From: a bacterium
GTDB lineage: Bacteria; Patescibacteriota; Patescibacteriia; SG8-24
Direction: 5' to 3'
DNA length: 64,000 nucleotides
Assembly: GCA_021824285.1 (NCBI GenBank)
Contig: JAKAKZ010000002.1
Coordinates: 1,303-65,302, forward strand
Both the position numbers and the translations under genes were made by a program. Shown piece after piece: positions 17,196 to 26,870 of this stretch (the first letter of the stretch is position 1; the number at the start of each line of letters is the position of its first letter). Under the pieces are notes generated by a model. That model was not told where the DNA came from. It saw only the letters and a list, made by a program, of their open reading frames with translations, and did no database searches.

Positions 17196-17982
17196 CGGTC
17201 GCCCGTCGCCGGAACACGAAGAGCACGGCCACGAATCGCACGCTCACACGCGCGCCCATGCCGACATCCTGCCGGCCGTCAGCGTCCGTAACCTGTCCGT
17301 CTCGTTCGACCGCCAGAAAGTGGTTTCGGACGTGAGTTTCGAGGTGCCCCAAGGCGACATCCTGGCCCTGCTCGGGCCGAACGGTTCCGGCAAGACCACG
17401 CTGCTGCGGGCGATGCTTGGACTGATCCCCTACACCGGCGAAGTCCGCATCTTCGGCAAGCACCTGCATGCGGTCCGCGAACTGATTGCCTACGTTCCTC
17501 AACGCTTCGACTTCGACCGCAACTTCCCGATTACCGTGCGCGAGTTCATGGACTTGGCCCGGCACCGCCATTCCCCACCCGGACGGGTCGCCGTCCGTCT
17601 GCAGGACGTCGGCCTGGCGCCGGAGATCCAATCCGCCCGGCTCGGCAGCCTGTCCGGCGGCCAGCTCCAGCGCGTGCTCATCGCGCAGGCCCTGATCAAC
17701 AATCCGTTGGTGCTCTTCCTCGACGAGCCGGCGGCCAACATCGACATTACCGGCGAGGCGACGCTGACCGGCCTCTTGGAACAGCTGCGCGACAAGACCG
17801 ATGTCACCATCGTCATGGTCTCGCACGACATCGCCATGGTATCGGGACTGGTCGACAAGGTGCTCTGCCTCAACGGCCAGATGATGTGTTTCGGGCCGCC
17901 GGAGACGGCGCTCACGGAAAAGTCCATCAAGGAGATCTTCGGCGACAGGAAACGCCTCTTTTCCCATGGACACCAACACTAA
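17167..17982 (+). CDS. znuC: metal ABC transporter ATP-binding protein with His-rich N-terminus
   Basis: Walker A LLGPNGSGKTTLL. ABC signature LSGGQLQRV. N-terminal EHEEHGHESHAH metal-binding-like tract. Confidence 0.8.
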   Translation: MPNSSSTTNNGRPSPEHEEHGHESHAHTRAHADILPAVSVRNLSVSFDRQKVVSDVSFEVPQGDILALLGPNGSGKTTLLRAMLGLIPYTGEVRIFGKHLHAVRELIAYVPQRFDFDRNFPITVREFMDLARHRHSPPGRVAVRLQDVGLAPEIQSARLGSLSGGQLQRVLIAQALINNPLVLFLDEPAANIDITGEATLTGLLEQLRDKTDVTIVMVSHDIAMVSGLVDKVLCLNGQMMCFGPPETALTEKSIKEIFGDRKRLFSHGHQH

Positions 17983-18835
17983 TATGGCCGCCTTCTTCCT
18001 CGAGATGTTCTCCTATCCCTTCATGCAGCGCGCCTTCGTTTCCGGTGCGCTCCTAGCCGTCCTGCTGGCCGCCCTGGGCGTCTTCGTCACCGTACGCAAG
18101 ATGGCCTTCTTCGGCGACGGCATCGCGCACTCGTCGCTCGCGGGCATCGCCGTCGCAATGCTCGCCGGACTCGCTCCGCTGCCGGTCGCCCTGGTCTGGG
18201 CCCTTTTCGTGGCGCTGCTCATCTGGCGACTGGAACGCTCCACCCGCCTGCCTTCCGATACGCTCATCGGCGTCTTCTTCACGGCGAGCATGGCTCTAGG
18301 CGTGGTGCTCATGAGCTTCAGCCGCGGTTACCAGCCGGAACTGCTCTCCTACCTGTTCGGCTCCATCCTGACTATCCAGTCTGGCGACCTGCTGGTGACC
18401 GCCGCCCTGTCGCTCGTCATCATGGGCTGGCTGTTCCTCTCGTTCCGCAGCCTGACCTATATGTCTCTCGCGGAAGACAGCGCCGCCGTCGCGGGGACCG
18501 ACGTCCGCAGCCAGACGGCCGCGCTCTACGTGGCGCTGGCGCTCGCGACCGTGCGCGGCGTGAAAATCCTCGGCATCATCCTAGTTTCCGCGCTCATCAT
18601 CCTGCCGACGGCCGCGGGCCGCATGCTCGCCTACTCATTTCGTTCGTACGTCATCGGCTCCCTTTTCCTTTCCGAACTGATGATCCTCTCGGGACTCACG
18701 GTCTCCTACCGTTTTGATCTGCCGTCGGGCGCGACAATCGTCCTTGTCGGCGCGGCCATCTTCTTCTTGGCCGCGGCCTGGAAAACCATGGATGGCGCCT
18801 TCTCAGTCCGTGCCGTGGGCAGACAACCGCGCTGA
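17966..18835 (+). CDS. znuB: metal ABC transporter permease
   Basis: Polytopic membrane protein homologous to ZnuB/TroC. Confidence 0.8.
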   Translation: MDTNTNMAAFFLEMFSYPFMQRAFVSGALLAVLLAALGVFVTVRKMAFFGDGIAHSSLAGIAVAMLAGLAPLPVALVWALFVALLIWRLERSTRLPSDTLIGVFFTASMALGVVLMSFSRGYQPELLSYLFGSILTIQSGDLLVTAALSLVIMGWLFLSFRSLTYMSLAEDSAAVAGTDVRSQTAALYVALALATVRGVKILGIILVSALIILPTAAGRMLAYSFRSYVIGSLFLSELMILSGLTVSYRFDLPSGATIVLVGAAIFFLAAAWKTMDGAFSVRAVGRQPR

Positions 18836-18851
18836 CGCCGCGGACCAGCAT

Positions 18852-19682
18852 ATGGAAATCGTCAAACTCAACGGTCAACGGGTCAAATACGATCGCGGCC
18901 ACATCCGCGAGACGTTGTTGCGCGTGAAAGCCAAACCTGAACTGGTCGATCACATCATGCGCAACGTCGAACGGCAGATGTACGACGGCATGACGACCGG
19001 CGAGCTGTTCGCGCTCGTACACCGCGAACTGCATAAGGAAAACCGCTGCCTGGCGCACCGCTACAATCTCCGCGCCGGCCTGCTCAAGCTTGGCCCGGCG
19101 GGTTTCAACTTCGAGAAATACGTGGCTTCGATCCTCCAGGCCTACCAATACGACGCGCGCCTGCCAGAAAAGGAACTGCCTGGCCTCTGCGTGAACCACG
19201 AGGTCGATGTCATCGCGAACAAGGGCCATCATTGCATCATGATCGAGGCCAAGTTCCGCAACCGTTTCGACGACACCGTCACGCTCAAGGACGTCATGGC
19301 TACCTGGGCGCGCTACCTAGACCTGCGCGAGGGACTCAAGAACGAGGACACCTGCCCGCGGTTCAATGAACTCTGGATCGTCACCAACGGCCGCTTCTCC
19401 GACCGTGCCCGCCAATTCGGCGTCTGCAAGGGATTGCACCTGATCGGCTGGAGCGCCACGGAGTGGTCCCTGGCCCAGATGGTGGACCACGCGGCCCTTT
19501 ACCCCATCACGGTCATCGACGGACTGCGGCAATGGGAACTGGACCGCTTCGCCAAGGCTGGACTGATGCTTTGCCGCGAGGTGGCTGACAAATCTCCGGA
19601 AGCGGTGGCGCGCATCCTGGGCGTGCCGCCGGAACGGGCCGCCAAAATCCGTGACGACGCCAAAGAGGTCGTCAGCCTGTAA
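18852..19682 (+). CDS. ATP-cone domain fused to PD-(D/E)xK restriction-endonuclease-like domain
   Basis: N-terminal ATP-cone (MEIVKLNGQRVKYDRGHIRETLL). Nuclease motif HEVDVIANKG...CIMIEAKF (D...ExK). Confidence 0.6.
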   Translation: MEIVKLNGQRVKYDRGHIRETLLRVKAKPELVDHIMRNVERQMYDGMTTGELFALVHRELHKENRCLAHRYNLRAGLLKLGPAGFNFEKYVASILQAYQYDARLPEKELPGLCVNHEVDVIANKGHHCIMIEAKFRNRFDDTVTLKDVMATWARYLDLREGLKNEDTCPRFNELWIVTNGRFSDRARQFGVCKGLHLIGWSATEWSLAQMVDHAALYPITVIDGLRQWELDRFAKAGLMLCREVADKSPEAVARILGVPPERAAKIRDDAKEVVSL

Positions 19683-19702
19683 CTGCGGTTCCGAACTGAA
19701 AA

Positions 19703-19730
19703 ACGCCGTATTACCGGCGTTTTTTCTGTC
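19703..19730 (+). terminator. rho-independent terminator
   Basis: aacgccgtattaccggcgtt hairpin + ttttttct. Confidence 0.6.
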
Positions 19731-19775
19731 TCAAAGAGATACCGTCTATCCACCGACAGCCGTACCGATCCCCTG

Positions 19776-21929
19776 TCAGGCCGTCGGCCGGCGACGCACG
19801 AGCAGAAACCAGACCGCCCCGCCGGCCAGAAGAACCACCGCCAAAGTTCCGAGCAGGTAGGCGTACTGCATCTGTTTGACCGGTTCGGCCGCCACCGCCG
19901 GCACGGTATTCATGAATTCGCTCACCGTCATGGCCTCGGCTCCTTGGACGACGAAGGCCAGCGGCTCGCTCTTCGAGACGACTCTTCCCTGCTGATCCGC
20001 AATCGTAACGTAAGCCGTATGGTTGCCGTCCGTCAGGCCGCCGCTCAAGTCATACGTGTAGTTGCCGTTCGCGTCCGCGGTCGTAGTCAGCACGAGCGGA
20101 ATGTAGCTGTAGATGAAGATGGAAACCGTGGAACCAGGCACCGCACGGCCCGAAATCCGGCTTTGCGGCCGTGCGCCGGTACCGCTAGGCTCCGCCGCGC
20201 CCGGCGTTTTCCGGCCGCTGACCTGGATGGTCAGCGACTTGTCCGTGCTTCCGTAGCCGCGAGGCTGTTCGAGCGGCTGACCGGACACGAGAGCCCGATC
20301 GAGTGGCGCCAACGCGCCGACGAACGAAGATCCTGCCGTGGCCTTGCCGAATACGGCGGTCAGAATCGCGTAAGACGCCTTGAGGTCAGGTCGGCCGTCG
20401 AGGTTCAGGTCGACGTCATAGAGCGGCCTAGCGTAGGCCGCGGCATCGCCCGGCAGATAAGATATCGAGGGATCGTACTTTTTGAGGCCCAGTATCGAAC
20501 GGTCATCGTTGACGTGAATCAAGCTGTCGATAATCGCGGCGAACTGGCCTTGCTGCGGCTTGTCGCCCTTCTCGAAGAACTGGCGGAGAGCTTCGCGTGA
20601 CGCCTTCGCGCCGGTTGCCCCGGCAAAATCCGGTTTGGTCGGATCGGTACCGAGCCGCCGCTCCAGATCGTCCGATAGGCCGTCGTGGTCGCTGTCCATC
20701 ACGACCAGGCCCGGAGAAATGTCCAGCTTGTCGCCGGTAGCCGCAGGATACCAGGCGGCGTCCTTGGCCTCCTGCTCGCCGACGGCCATCATGCCCTGCA
20801 CGGCGGCGGCAAAATCCGCGACCGTGGCGCGTAGCATGGCCTCGTCCGCCTTGCGCTTCTCTTCCCCGGACATGTAGCCCATGGTGGACTTCTCCTGCAG
20901 GTCACGGCATTCGGCATCACTCTTGCCGGTACAGCCGGGGAACTGGCCGCCGGACCGCTGTTCCAGCCAGGCGACGCACGATTCCTTGGTCAGCCGTCCG
21001 GCGTCAGCGCAGCTGCGATCGGAAAATTGCGCCTCCAGCCAGTCCTGGCAGCGCTCCGGCGACAACTTACGGGCAACGCAGGCCGGGTCGAGCGCGGACG
21101 AAGCGCCGCTCGACGAAGCCATGGCGTCCTTAAGTTCCTGTAAGGCCTGACGTGAGCCGCCTTCCGGTTCGGACGGCGTTTCCCGGGCGGATTGCGACGC
21201 GGCTGACTCAGAATTCGCCTGGAGCTCCGGCGCCGCAGCTGTCGGCGGCGGTTTCTGCGGCTCGCGGTCCGGCTGCTTGGTTTCTGATTGGTTGCTCTCC
21301 GATGGGGCGGAGATGGGCGTCGCGATTACCGGAGGTGACGGCGGTTGAGCGGCTTCGGGCTTCGGCTCTACCGGCGGCGTGCACTTCTGTTCAGTCACCG
21401 GCGATGGCGTCTGCGCGGCCGGACAGTCCGTCGTCAGCTTGCAGTCGCGGACCTGGATGCCGTCAGCCGAACACCGCCCCCAATCGCCGCAAGCCCAGAC
21501 GTCGGCCGTACAGGCGGGCGCCTTCGTCTCGAAATCCTTGATGTCCGAAATCAGCGCGATGCCGCTGGCATCCGTCGAACGCACCCGGAAATAATAGTGC
21601 GTGCCCGGTTTCAGCTCCTGAAGCACGACCCGATGCGTCAGCGTCATCTCGTCATTCATCTGGCCGAGCGTGTCGCCGAAGACCTTATTGGCCTGCTGCA
21701 GGCCCAACGCCGAAGTTGCGCCGTACTCCACCACCGAACTCGCTTCCAGCGTCGTGTACCAAAGGACCGTGGCGCTCGTTTCCGTAATGCCGTCCGGATT
21801 AACGTAAGGCAGTCCGGCGAAAGACAGCGCCTGTGCCTTGGCGAAGCGCTGCGGCAAGAACGGCAGCGCGGCCAGGACAACGGCCAAAAGGAATAGGACG
21901 CCATGTCGGGACGATAATTTCTTGGTCAT
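19776..21929 (-). CDS. large secreted/surface protein (FN3-like domain, Cys-rich and Pro-rich linkers, Asp-rich Ca-binding-like motif, C-terminal TM anchor)
   Basis: Signal peptide MTKKLSSRHGVLFLLAVVLAALPF. TETSATVLWYTT...HYYFRVRSTD FN3-like. DSDHDGLSDD. C-terminal hydrophobic helix then RRRPTA. Confidence 0.6.
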   Translation of the reverse strand: MTKKLSSRHGVLFLLAVVLAALPFLPQRFAKAQALSFAGLPYVNPDGITETSATVLWYTTLEASSVVEYGATSALGLQQANKVFGDTLGQMNDEMTLTHRVVLQELKPGTHYYFRVRSTDASGIALISDIKDFETKAPACTADVWACGDWGRCSADGIQVRDCKLTTDCPAAQTPSPVTEQKCTPPVEPKPEAAQPPSPPVIATPISAPSESNQSETKQPDREPQKPPPTAAAPELQANSESAASQSARETPSEPEGGSRQALQELKDAMASSSGASSALDPACVARKLSPERCQDWLEAQFSDRSCADAGRLTKESCVAWLEQRSGGQFPGCTGKSDAECRDLQEKSTMGYMSGEEKRKADEAMLRATVADFAAAVQGMMAVGEQEAKDAAWYPAATGDKLDISPGLVVMDSDHDGLSDDLERRLGTDPTKPDFAGATGAKASREALRQFFEKGDKPQQGQFAAIIDSLIHVNDDRSILGLKKYDPSISYLPGDAAAYARPLYDVDLNLDGRPDLKASYAILTAVFGKATAGSSFVGALAPLDRALVSGQPLEQPRGYGSTDKSLTIQVSGRKTPGAAEPSGTGARPQSRISGRAVPGSTVSIFIYSYIPLVLTTTADANGNYTYDLSGGLTDGNHTAYVTIADQQGRVVSKSEPLAFVVQGAEAMTVSEFMNTVPAVAAEPVKQMQYAYLLGTLAVVLLAGGAVWFLLVRRRPTA

Positions 21930-22143
21930 AAATGGGAGGTAATGGATCGGCTGAATGATACCATTTTTCGCGCAGCAGGTCGCCGCGAGCGCAAACGGCG
22001 AGTGGCAGCCGTGACGCACGGCCTGACGGCCGAAATGCGCGCCCGCCATGCCTTGACACGCGGCAACCCTCTGATAAGCTCGGACCAGCTCATTTCAGCC
22101 GCGAATCCACGCGTCTGGCGCCCGACAAAGAGGAGATGCACGA

Positions 22144-23006
22144 TGAGACCGGGTAAAATCTCTCTGCTGTACGCGGCCATCGCGGCAGTCCTCCTGGGTC
22201 TGCCGGGCGTGTCCGCCGCCGATTCGATGACGCCGCTCCAGAAGAAGCTCAACGCGGCCGTCGTCATCCTCGCCGGCCAGACCGAAGACGGCGGGCTCAA
22301 GATGCTCTGCACGGCCACCGCCTTCGAGCGGAAGGGCGACATCTACCGCTTCATCACGGCCGCCCACTGCGTGGCCGACGACGACACGGATCACAAGCGC
22401 GTCTCGGTCGCCCAGACCAACTGGTACGTCACCTTCGACGAGGCCGGGCTCAAGGAGTTCCATCCGGCCAAGATCCTCTACGTCGGCTACCAGAGCCGTG
22501 GTGACGACTTCGCCATCCTGGAGGCCGAGCTCAAGCGCGAGATTCCCGTGATTCCGCTCGCGGAACGCGACGGCGAGAAGGGCGAGACCATCGACAACGT
22601 GGCTGCCCCGCTCGCGCTGGGCAAGCAGCTCTTCGACGGCCACGTCAGCCTCGAGGATCTGGACCGGCCCGTCATCAAGGACACCATCAACTGGTGGCAC
22701 GCCATGCTGCTGCAGGTGAACGTCGGCCCCGGTTCGTCCGGTTCAGCCGTGGTCAGCCGTAAGCAGGAGGCGATCATCGCCGTCCTGGTCGGCAACGTCA
22801 GCTTCCGCAGCTCGCCGAACGTGGTCGCGATCCCCGTCTCCAAGCTGCGCCGGTTCCTCAAGGCCGTGAAGTGCGGCAAGTACGAGTGGTTCGACGAGGA
22901 CGGCGCTGGCCGCTCCACGAACGCCGCCCCGACCGTGAACCAGCTCTACCAGAAGGTACTCAACCGCTTTGAGAAGCCTCTCGAGATCGAGCCGCTGGCC
23001 AAGTAG
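22144..23006 (+). CDS. secreted trypsin-like (S1 family) serine protease
   Basis: GAGGAG SD. Signal peptide. Catalytic His TAAHCV, Asp in DDFAIL, Ser in GPGSSGSAV. Confidence 0.75.
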
Positions 23007-23012
23007 TTCTTC

Positions 23013-23040
23013 CGCCCCCTGCCGGGGCGGTTTTTTCATC
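23013..23040 (+). terminator. rho-independent terminator
   Basis: ccgccccctgccggggcgg + tttttt. Confidence 0.6.
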
Positions 23041-23081
23041 TAAAAAAGCGCCCCAAGGCGCAGGCGGCAAGCGGCCGCCGC

Positions 23082-23642
23082 TCACTTCAGCGGCAAGAAG
23101 ATATCATCGCAGTCGTAGGCGTTGATGCCCGCGCCGTTCGGACCGAACGACTGGACTACGACCTGTTCGCCCTGCACGGTCTTGCTGGGGCAATGCTGAT
23201 ACGGCACGTAATCGGGATCGAAATAATAGTCGTGGCCCCACGGATCCTGGGTGACGCTGACATAAGGCCCGTTCCACTGCGCGATGGTCTGGTCAGTCCA
23301 GAAACAGCCCGTCCCCTGGTCGCCGACCGCCGGCCGCTGGGTCAGCCCGGCCTGTGCAGCGTAAAGATCGACTTCCGGATTGGCCGAAGCCCAAGGCGCG
23401 CAGCCGTTCGGCCAGCGACCGGTATCCTGCTCCAGGAGATCGATGGCGGTGCGCAGCTCCTTGAGGTCGCCCTTGGCCTTGTTCTCCTGGGCAAGGACCT
23501 TGGCCCTCTGTGAGCTCATGGCCGCAAGCGTGGAGAGCACGCCGATGATGGCCACGACCACCAGTATCTCGATGATGGTAAAGCCGCGCCTGGGGCCGGC
23601 ATACCGCTTGGGTCGATTTAGGGCCATATTGTCCAAAATCAT
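23082..23642 (-). CDS. prepilin-type N-terminal cleavage/methylation domain protein (T2SS pseudopilin / type IV pilin-like)
   Basis: GFTIIEILVVVAIIGVL class III signal. Start may be 23627. Confidence 0.75.
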   Translation of the reverse strand: MILDNMALNRPKRYAGPRRGFTIIEILVVVAIIGVLSTLAAMSSQRAKVLAQENKAKGDLKELRTAIDLLEQDTGRWPNGCAPWASANPEVDLYAAQAGLTQRPAVGDQGTGCFWTDQTIAQWNGPYVSVTQDPWGHDYYFDPDYVPYQHCPSKTVQGEQVVVQSFGPNGAGINAYDCDDIFLPLK

Positions 23643-23739
23643 AGCATAACCGCCCTCTGAACGACAGTTCCATCCGCCACCCGACGGACCAAGGTTTGAT
23701 CTCCCAATACACGCTAAATATCGGCTCCTGCCGCGGGCC

Positions 23740-23768
23740 GGACGACCATTGACCGGATCGGGTCAGAT
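23740..23768 (+). promoter_or_regulatory. sigma70-like promoter (TTGACC-N17-TTTAAT) for 23837 gene
   Basis: Consensus-like hexamers with 17-bp spacing, about 65 nt upstream of ATG. Confidence 0.4.
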
Positions 23769-23836
23769 GTGCTTTAATCATCGACACGGCCTTCGGGCCG
23801 CCGTACCTTCTCATCTCATCGCGCAAGGAGACGGCC

Positions 23837-24460
23837 ATGCTCGCGGAAAAAGAGAAAATGGCGCTGTTCCTGCAGAAGCTCGATGCGACCGCGGCCCCCG
23901 ATGTCATGCGGGGCCTCAAGCCGCTGTTTCGCTTTGCCGAGACCAACGAGCCCGTGACGCGACCGGAGCTGTCCGAGGCCGCGCTGGCCGATGCGTTCCG
24001 CAACGCGACGTTGCGGACCCCGGCGAATATCACGCTCATCGAGATGCGCCGGCTCGCGCACATCAGCGAGCAGCAGGCGGCGCTGCTCTGGGAGCGGACC
24101 CGCCAAGGCATGCGGCCGCAGCCCGGCTGCAGCCAGCTCGAGGGCCCGATCTTCGACCGGGCGCGCGCCAGCGCCGCCGATCTGCTGGGCCTGCCGCACT
24201 GGCATGCCCTGCGCCGCGTGATGCATGTCCTGGTCTTCCGCCGGATTCCGGCCTGGGAGATTCCGGAGGCCATCTACAACATGTTCGAGGTCGCGACCTG
24301 CTGGACCGCCTTCGCCATCCGAAGGCAGCAGCGCGCCGCCGACACCATGGGTCCGCTCTTCCGGATCGTCAGCCGCCTGCCCTTCGTCGTCACCTACGCG
24401 AACGAGTGGAACGGCACGCCGGAGAACATGCAGATCTCGCTGACCTGCCTAGTGCACTGA
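23837..24460 (+). CDS. hypothetical protein
   Basis: AAGGAG SD. Two terminator hairpins downstream. No recognisable motifs. Confidence 0.55.
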   Translation: MLAEKEKMALFLQKLDATAAPDVMRGLKPLFRFAETNEPVTRPELSEAALADAFRNATLRTPANITLIEMRRLAHISEQQAALLWERTRQGMRPQPGCSQLEGPIFDRARASAADLLGLPHWHALRRVMHVLVFRRIPAWEIPEAIYNMFEVATCWTAFAIRRQQRAADTMGPLFRIVSRLPFVVTYANEWNGTPENMQISLTCLVH

Positions 24461-24476
24461 ACAGGCAGAAAGACTC

Positions 24477-24507
24477 CAGCCGACCGCGCTTGCGGCCGGC
24501 TTTTTTT
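24477..24507 (+). terminator. rho-independent terminator
   Basis: agccgaccgcgcttgcggccggct + ttttttt. Confidence 0.55.
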
Positions 24508-24535
24508 ATTTAGTTTGGCGCGTGAATAAAATATA

Positions 24536-24561
24536 AAAATCGCGCCAAGGCGCGATTTTTG
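24536..24561. terminator. conserved hairpin aaaaatcgcgcc-aa-ggcgcgattttt (family copy 2)
   Basis: Same stem as 13164 and 47931 copies. Confidence 0.6.
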
Positions 24562-24615
24562 CGTTAACTCCAAACTTCACCCTCCAAACTCCCCACTCCC
24601 CCATCCCCGCTTCCG

Positions 24616-26598
24616 CTAATGGCACGGCAGACAGGTATCGCAGATGCCGAGTTCCGTAACCTTGTTCAGGTAATCCATCACCGTCATGACGAAGGCCGCG
24701 TGGCTCCAGGTAAGCGGCGCCGCCGACAGCTGCAGGCCGTTGTCCGGATGAAGCTGTTCGGACAGGATGCCGGAGGGCAGCGCGCGGGCCGCGGTCCAGT
24801 CCAGCAGCTCGCGGGCCTCCTTCAGGTCAGCCGCTGTTTTGGCGCGCCGAATAATGTACTGCGCCTGCCAAAGCGTGCAGATGATCCAGGCGTTGCCCGT
24901 ATCCTGGCGCTGTCGGAAATAGTTGTCGCCCTGATAGCGGGTGATGCCGCCGATGGCGCCCGGTACCCACAGCAGCTCCCGCGTCTTGGCCATGGCGGAA
25001 ACCAGGCGCTCGTCATCCAGGCCGAGGACGCCGAATTCCATGACGCCGAAGGCGCTAGAGGCATCCATCGTCTCATCGCGCGTGTAGACGCCGTTCTCCG
25101 ACCATTTCACGGACTTCGCGAAGTAGCCGCGGTCCGGGTCCCAGCAGTGCTCGAGGATGCCGGCGCGGACCTCAAGCGCAGCTTTCCGCCATTTGCCGGC
25201 GGCCTTGGACTTGCCCAGCAGTTCCGCGAAATAAGCGCCGGCCATGAGTCCGCCGTAAACCGAGGCGGCGGTGTAGGTAAAGACCGCCCGCTGCTCTTCC
25301 CAGAGGTTGTAGGACGGGCGCGGCAGGCGCGTCCTCTCGTGGCGGTATTCGTCGAGGAACGTCGCCGCCGGTTTGATGAAGGAATTGTAAATCGATTCGA
25401 TGAACTCCAAGTCGCGGTTGCGCTCGTAGTGCAGCTTCAGCGTATGGAGCACCGTCGCCGTCTCGTCCTCCTGAATCGGCAGGTGCGGGTCACCCGCCGG
25501 GCCGACCCACGGGTGCCAAGACGAACCGAACGACTTGTCGCACATGTATTTGTGCAGCAGGTAGCCCTCCGGCATGATTACCTCGTTGCAGAACTGGTAG
25601 AACTGGTGCGTATTCTCCGTGTAGCCGGCCGAATCAAGCGCCTGCGCCACGAAGGCCCCGTCGCGCGGCCAGACGTAGGCGTAGGTGTCGCGGCCATGCT
25701 GGAGGAAGTCGGAATCCGCCGAGGCGATGATGCCGCCCAGGCTGTCCACGTGCGTGCGCACCACGAGCAGCGAGATTTCGAACAGCCGGATCACGTCGTC
25801 GGAGAGGCCCCAGAAATCATAGCGCCGGGAGCGCACCCATGCCCGCCAAAAGTCGGAGGTGGTGTCGAGCAGGTGCTGCGGTCCGCGATCCTGGATGTAG
25901 GCGTCGAGCGCGCGCGCCTCGACCAGGCTCCGGCCGCAGGCGATCCAATAGAAGACCTGTTCCTCGCTCTGCGGCTCGACATGGAAATGGAAGGAGATGA
26001 CCGAATCCACCGAGCCGTGGTCGACCGGGTTCTTGGAAAGCACGCCGTCTTCGGCGTCGCGCCAGGTGCCCTCGAGGCCGCGGAAATGCGTCGTACCGAC
26101 GGCATAATCGCGCAGGCCCTCGTTGCCCACGCGTCCGCTCACGAGGAATACGCGACGGCCGCGATAGTGCACCACGACATTGCCCTGCGGTTCGTAGAAG
26201 GCGCTGTTGCCCGTCGCCGTCTCCGCCACCTGGAACTCCTGGGCAAAGAACAGCCGGACCTCACGGCCGCTGTCGCGCTCATTGCGGATCGTGACCTTGC
26301 GGACGAAGAGGTCCTTTTCGTTGTAGACGAAATCATTGAACTCGAGCGTCAGGCCCAGTCCGGCATGCCGGGCCGAGATATGCCCGACCATCGTATCCTC
26401 GCGGTACTTGACCTCCCGCTGCCAAGCCGGGTCGTCCAGCCAGACGAACGTTCCGTCGGCCCAGACTCCGATGTGGTGCCGGTGCCCGCCGACATGGTTC
26501 TCCTGCCCGACATGATAGTAATAGAGATCGCGAAGAATGCCGTTGCTGTCCAAACAGACCAGCAGGCTTCCGTTACCGAGCACTAAAGGTCGCGACAT
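24616..26598 (-). CDS. glycoside hydrolase family 15 (glucoamylase/glucodextranase-like)
   Basis: N-terminal beta-sandwich plus (alpha/alpha)6 region with SYNLWEEQRAVFTYTAASVYGGL signature. Confidence 0.8.
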   Translation of the reverse strand: MSRPLVLGNGSLLVCLDSNGILRDLYYYHVGQENHVGGHRHHIGVWADGTFVWLDDPAWQREVKYREDTMVGHISARHAGLGLTLEFNDFVYNEKDLFVRKVTIRNERDSGREVRLFFAQEFQVAETATGNSAFYEPQGNVVVHYRGRRVFLVSGRVGNEGLRDYAVGTTHFRGLEGTWRDAEDGVLSKNPVDHGSVDSVISFHFHVEPQSEEQVFYWIACGRSLVEARALDAYIQDRGPQHLLDTTSDFWRAWVRSRRYDFWGLSDDVIRLFEISLLVVRTHVDSLGGIIASADSDFLQHGRDTYAYVWPRDGAFVAQALDSAGYTENTHQFYQFCNEVIMPEGYLLHKYMCDKSFGSSWHPWVGPAGDPHLPIQEDETATVLHTLKLHYERNRDLEFIESIYNSFIKPAATFLDEYRHERTRLPRPSYNLWEEQRAVFTYTAASVYGGLMAGAYFAELLGKSKAAGKWRKAALEVRAGILEHCWDPDRGYFAKSVKWSENGVYTRDETMDASSAFGVMEFGVLGLDDERLVSAMAKTRELLWVPGAIGGITRYQGDNYFRQRQDTGNAWIICTLWQAQYIIRRAKTAADLKEARELLDWTAARALPSGILSEQLHPDNGLQLSAAPLTWSHAAFVMTVMDYLNKVTELGICDTCLPCH

Positions 26599-26870
26599 AG
26601 TACGGGCTCTGGATAGATACCGGCATTATAGCATGGAAAGGGCCCGGGCAAGTGAATAAACCGGGGGGGGCGGCTTAAACTTAAAACCAGCCCCAGAGGC
26701 CGAACTTTTTTGCGCGTAATAAGATCCAGTACCAAAAACGCGGGACCGAAAACAATCCCTTTATTGGCGGCAACCTGGCCCGACGGCTTCTTCTGCCTTC
26801 GACCCGGGCACCTGGACCGGTACCCGGGCGTCATGGCTATTTCCAAACCGCAGGGCGGTCAGGCTGGCGT

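Noticed and set aside
21942-22143. Upstream ATG at 21942 with a perfect GGGAGG SD as start of the trypsin-like protease
   Set aside because: The 67-codon extension has atypically low GC3 and no signal peptide. ATG at 22144 has its own GAGGAG SD and begins a canonical signal peptide. The GGGAGG overlaps the start region of the divergent minus-strand gene.
24619-26586. 655-aa plus-strand ORF antisense to the GH15 gene
   Set aside because: Shadow ORF. Minus-strand product has clear GH15 signatures and a proper start context.
26599-26870. 272-bp GH15 upstream region with a G8 homopolymer (26664-26671) as possible RNA gene or riboswitch
   Set aside because: No recognisable tRNA or riboswitch features. 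Most likely promoter/5' UTR. The G8 tract is noted only as a potential slippage site.
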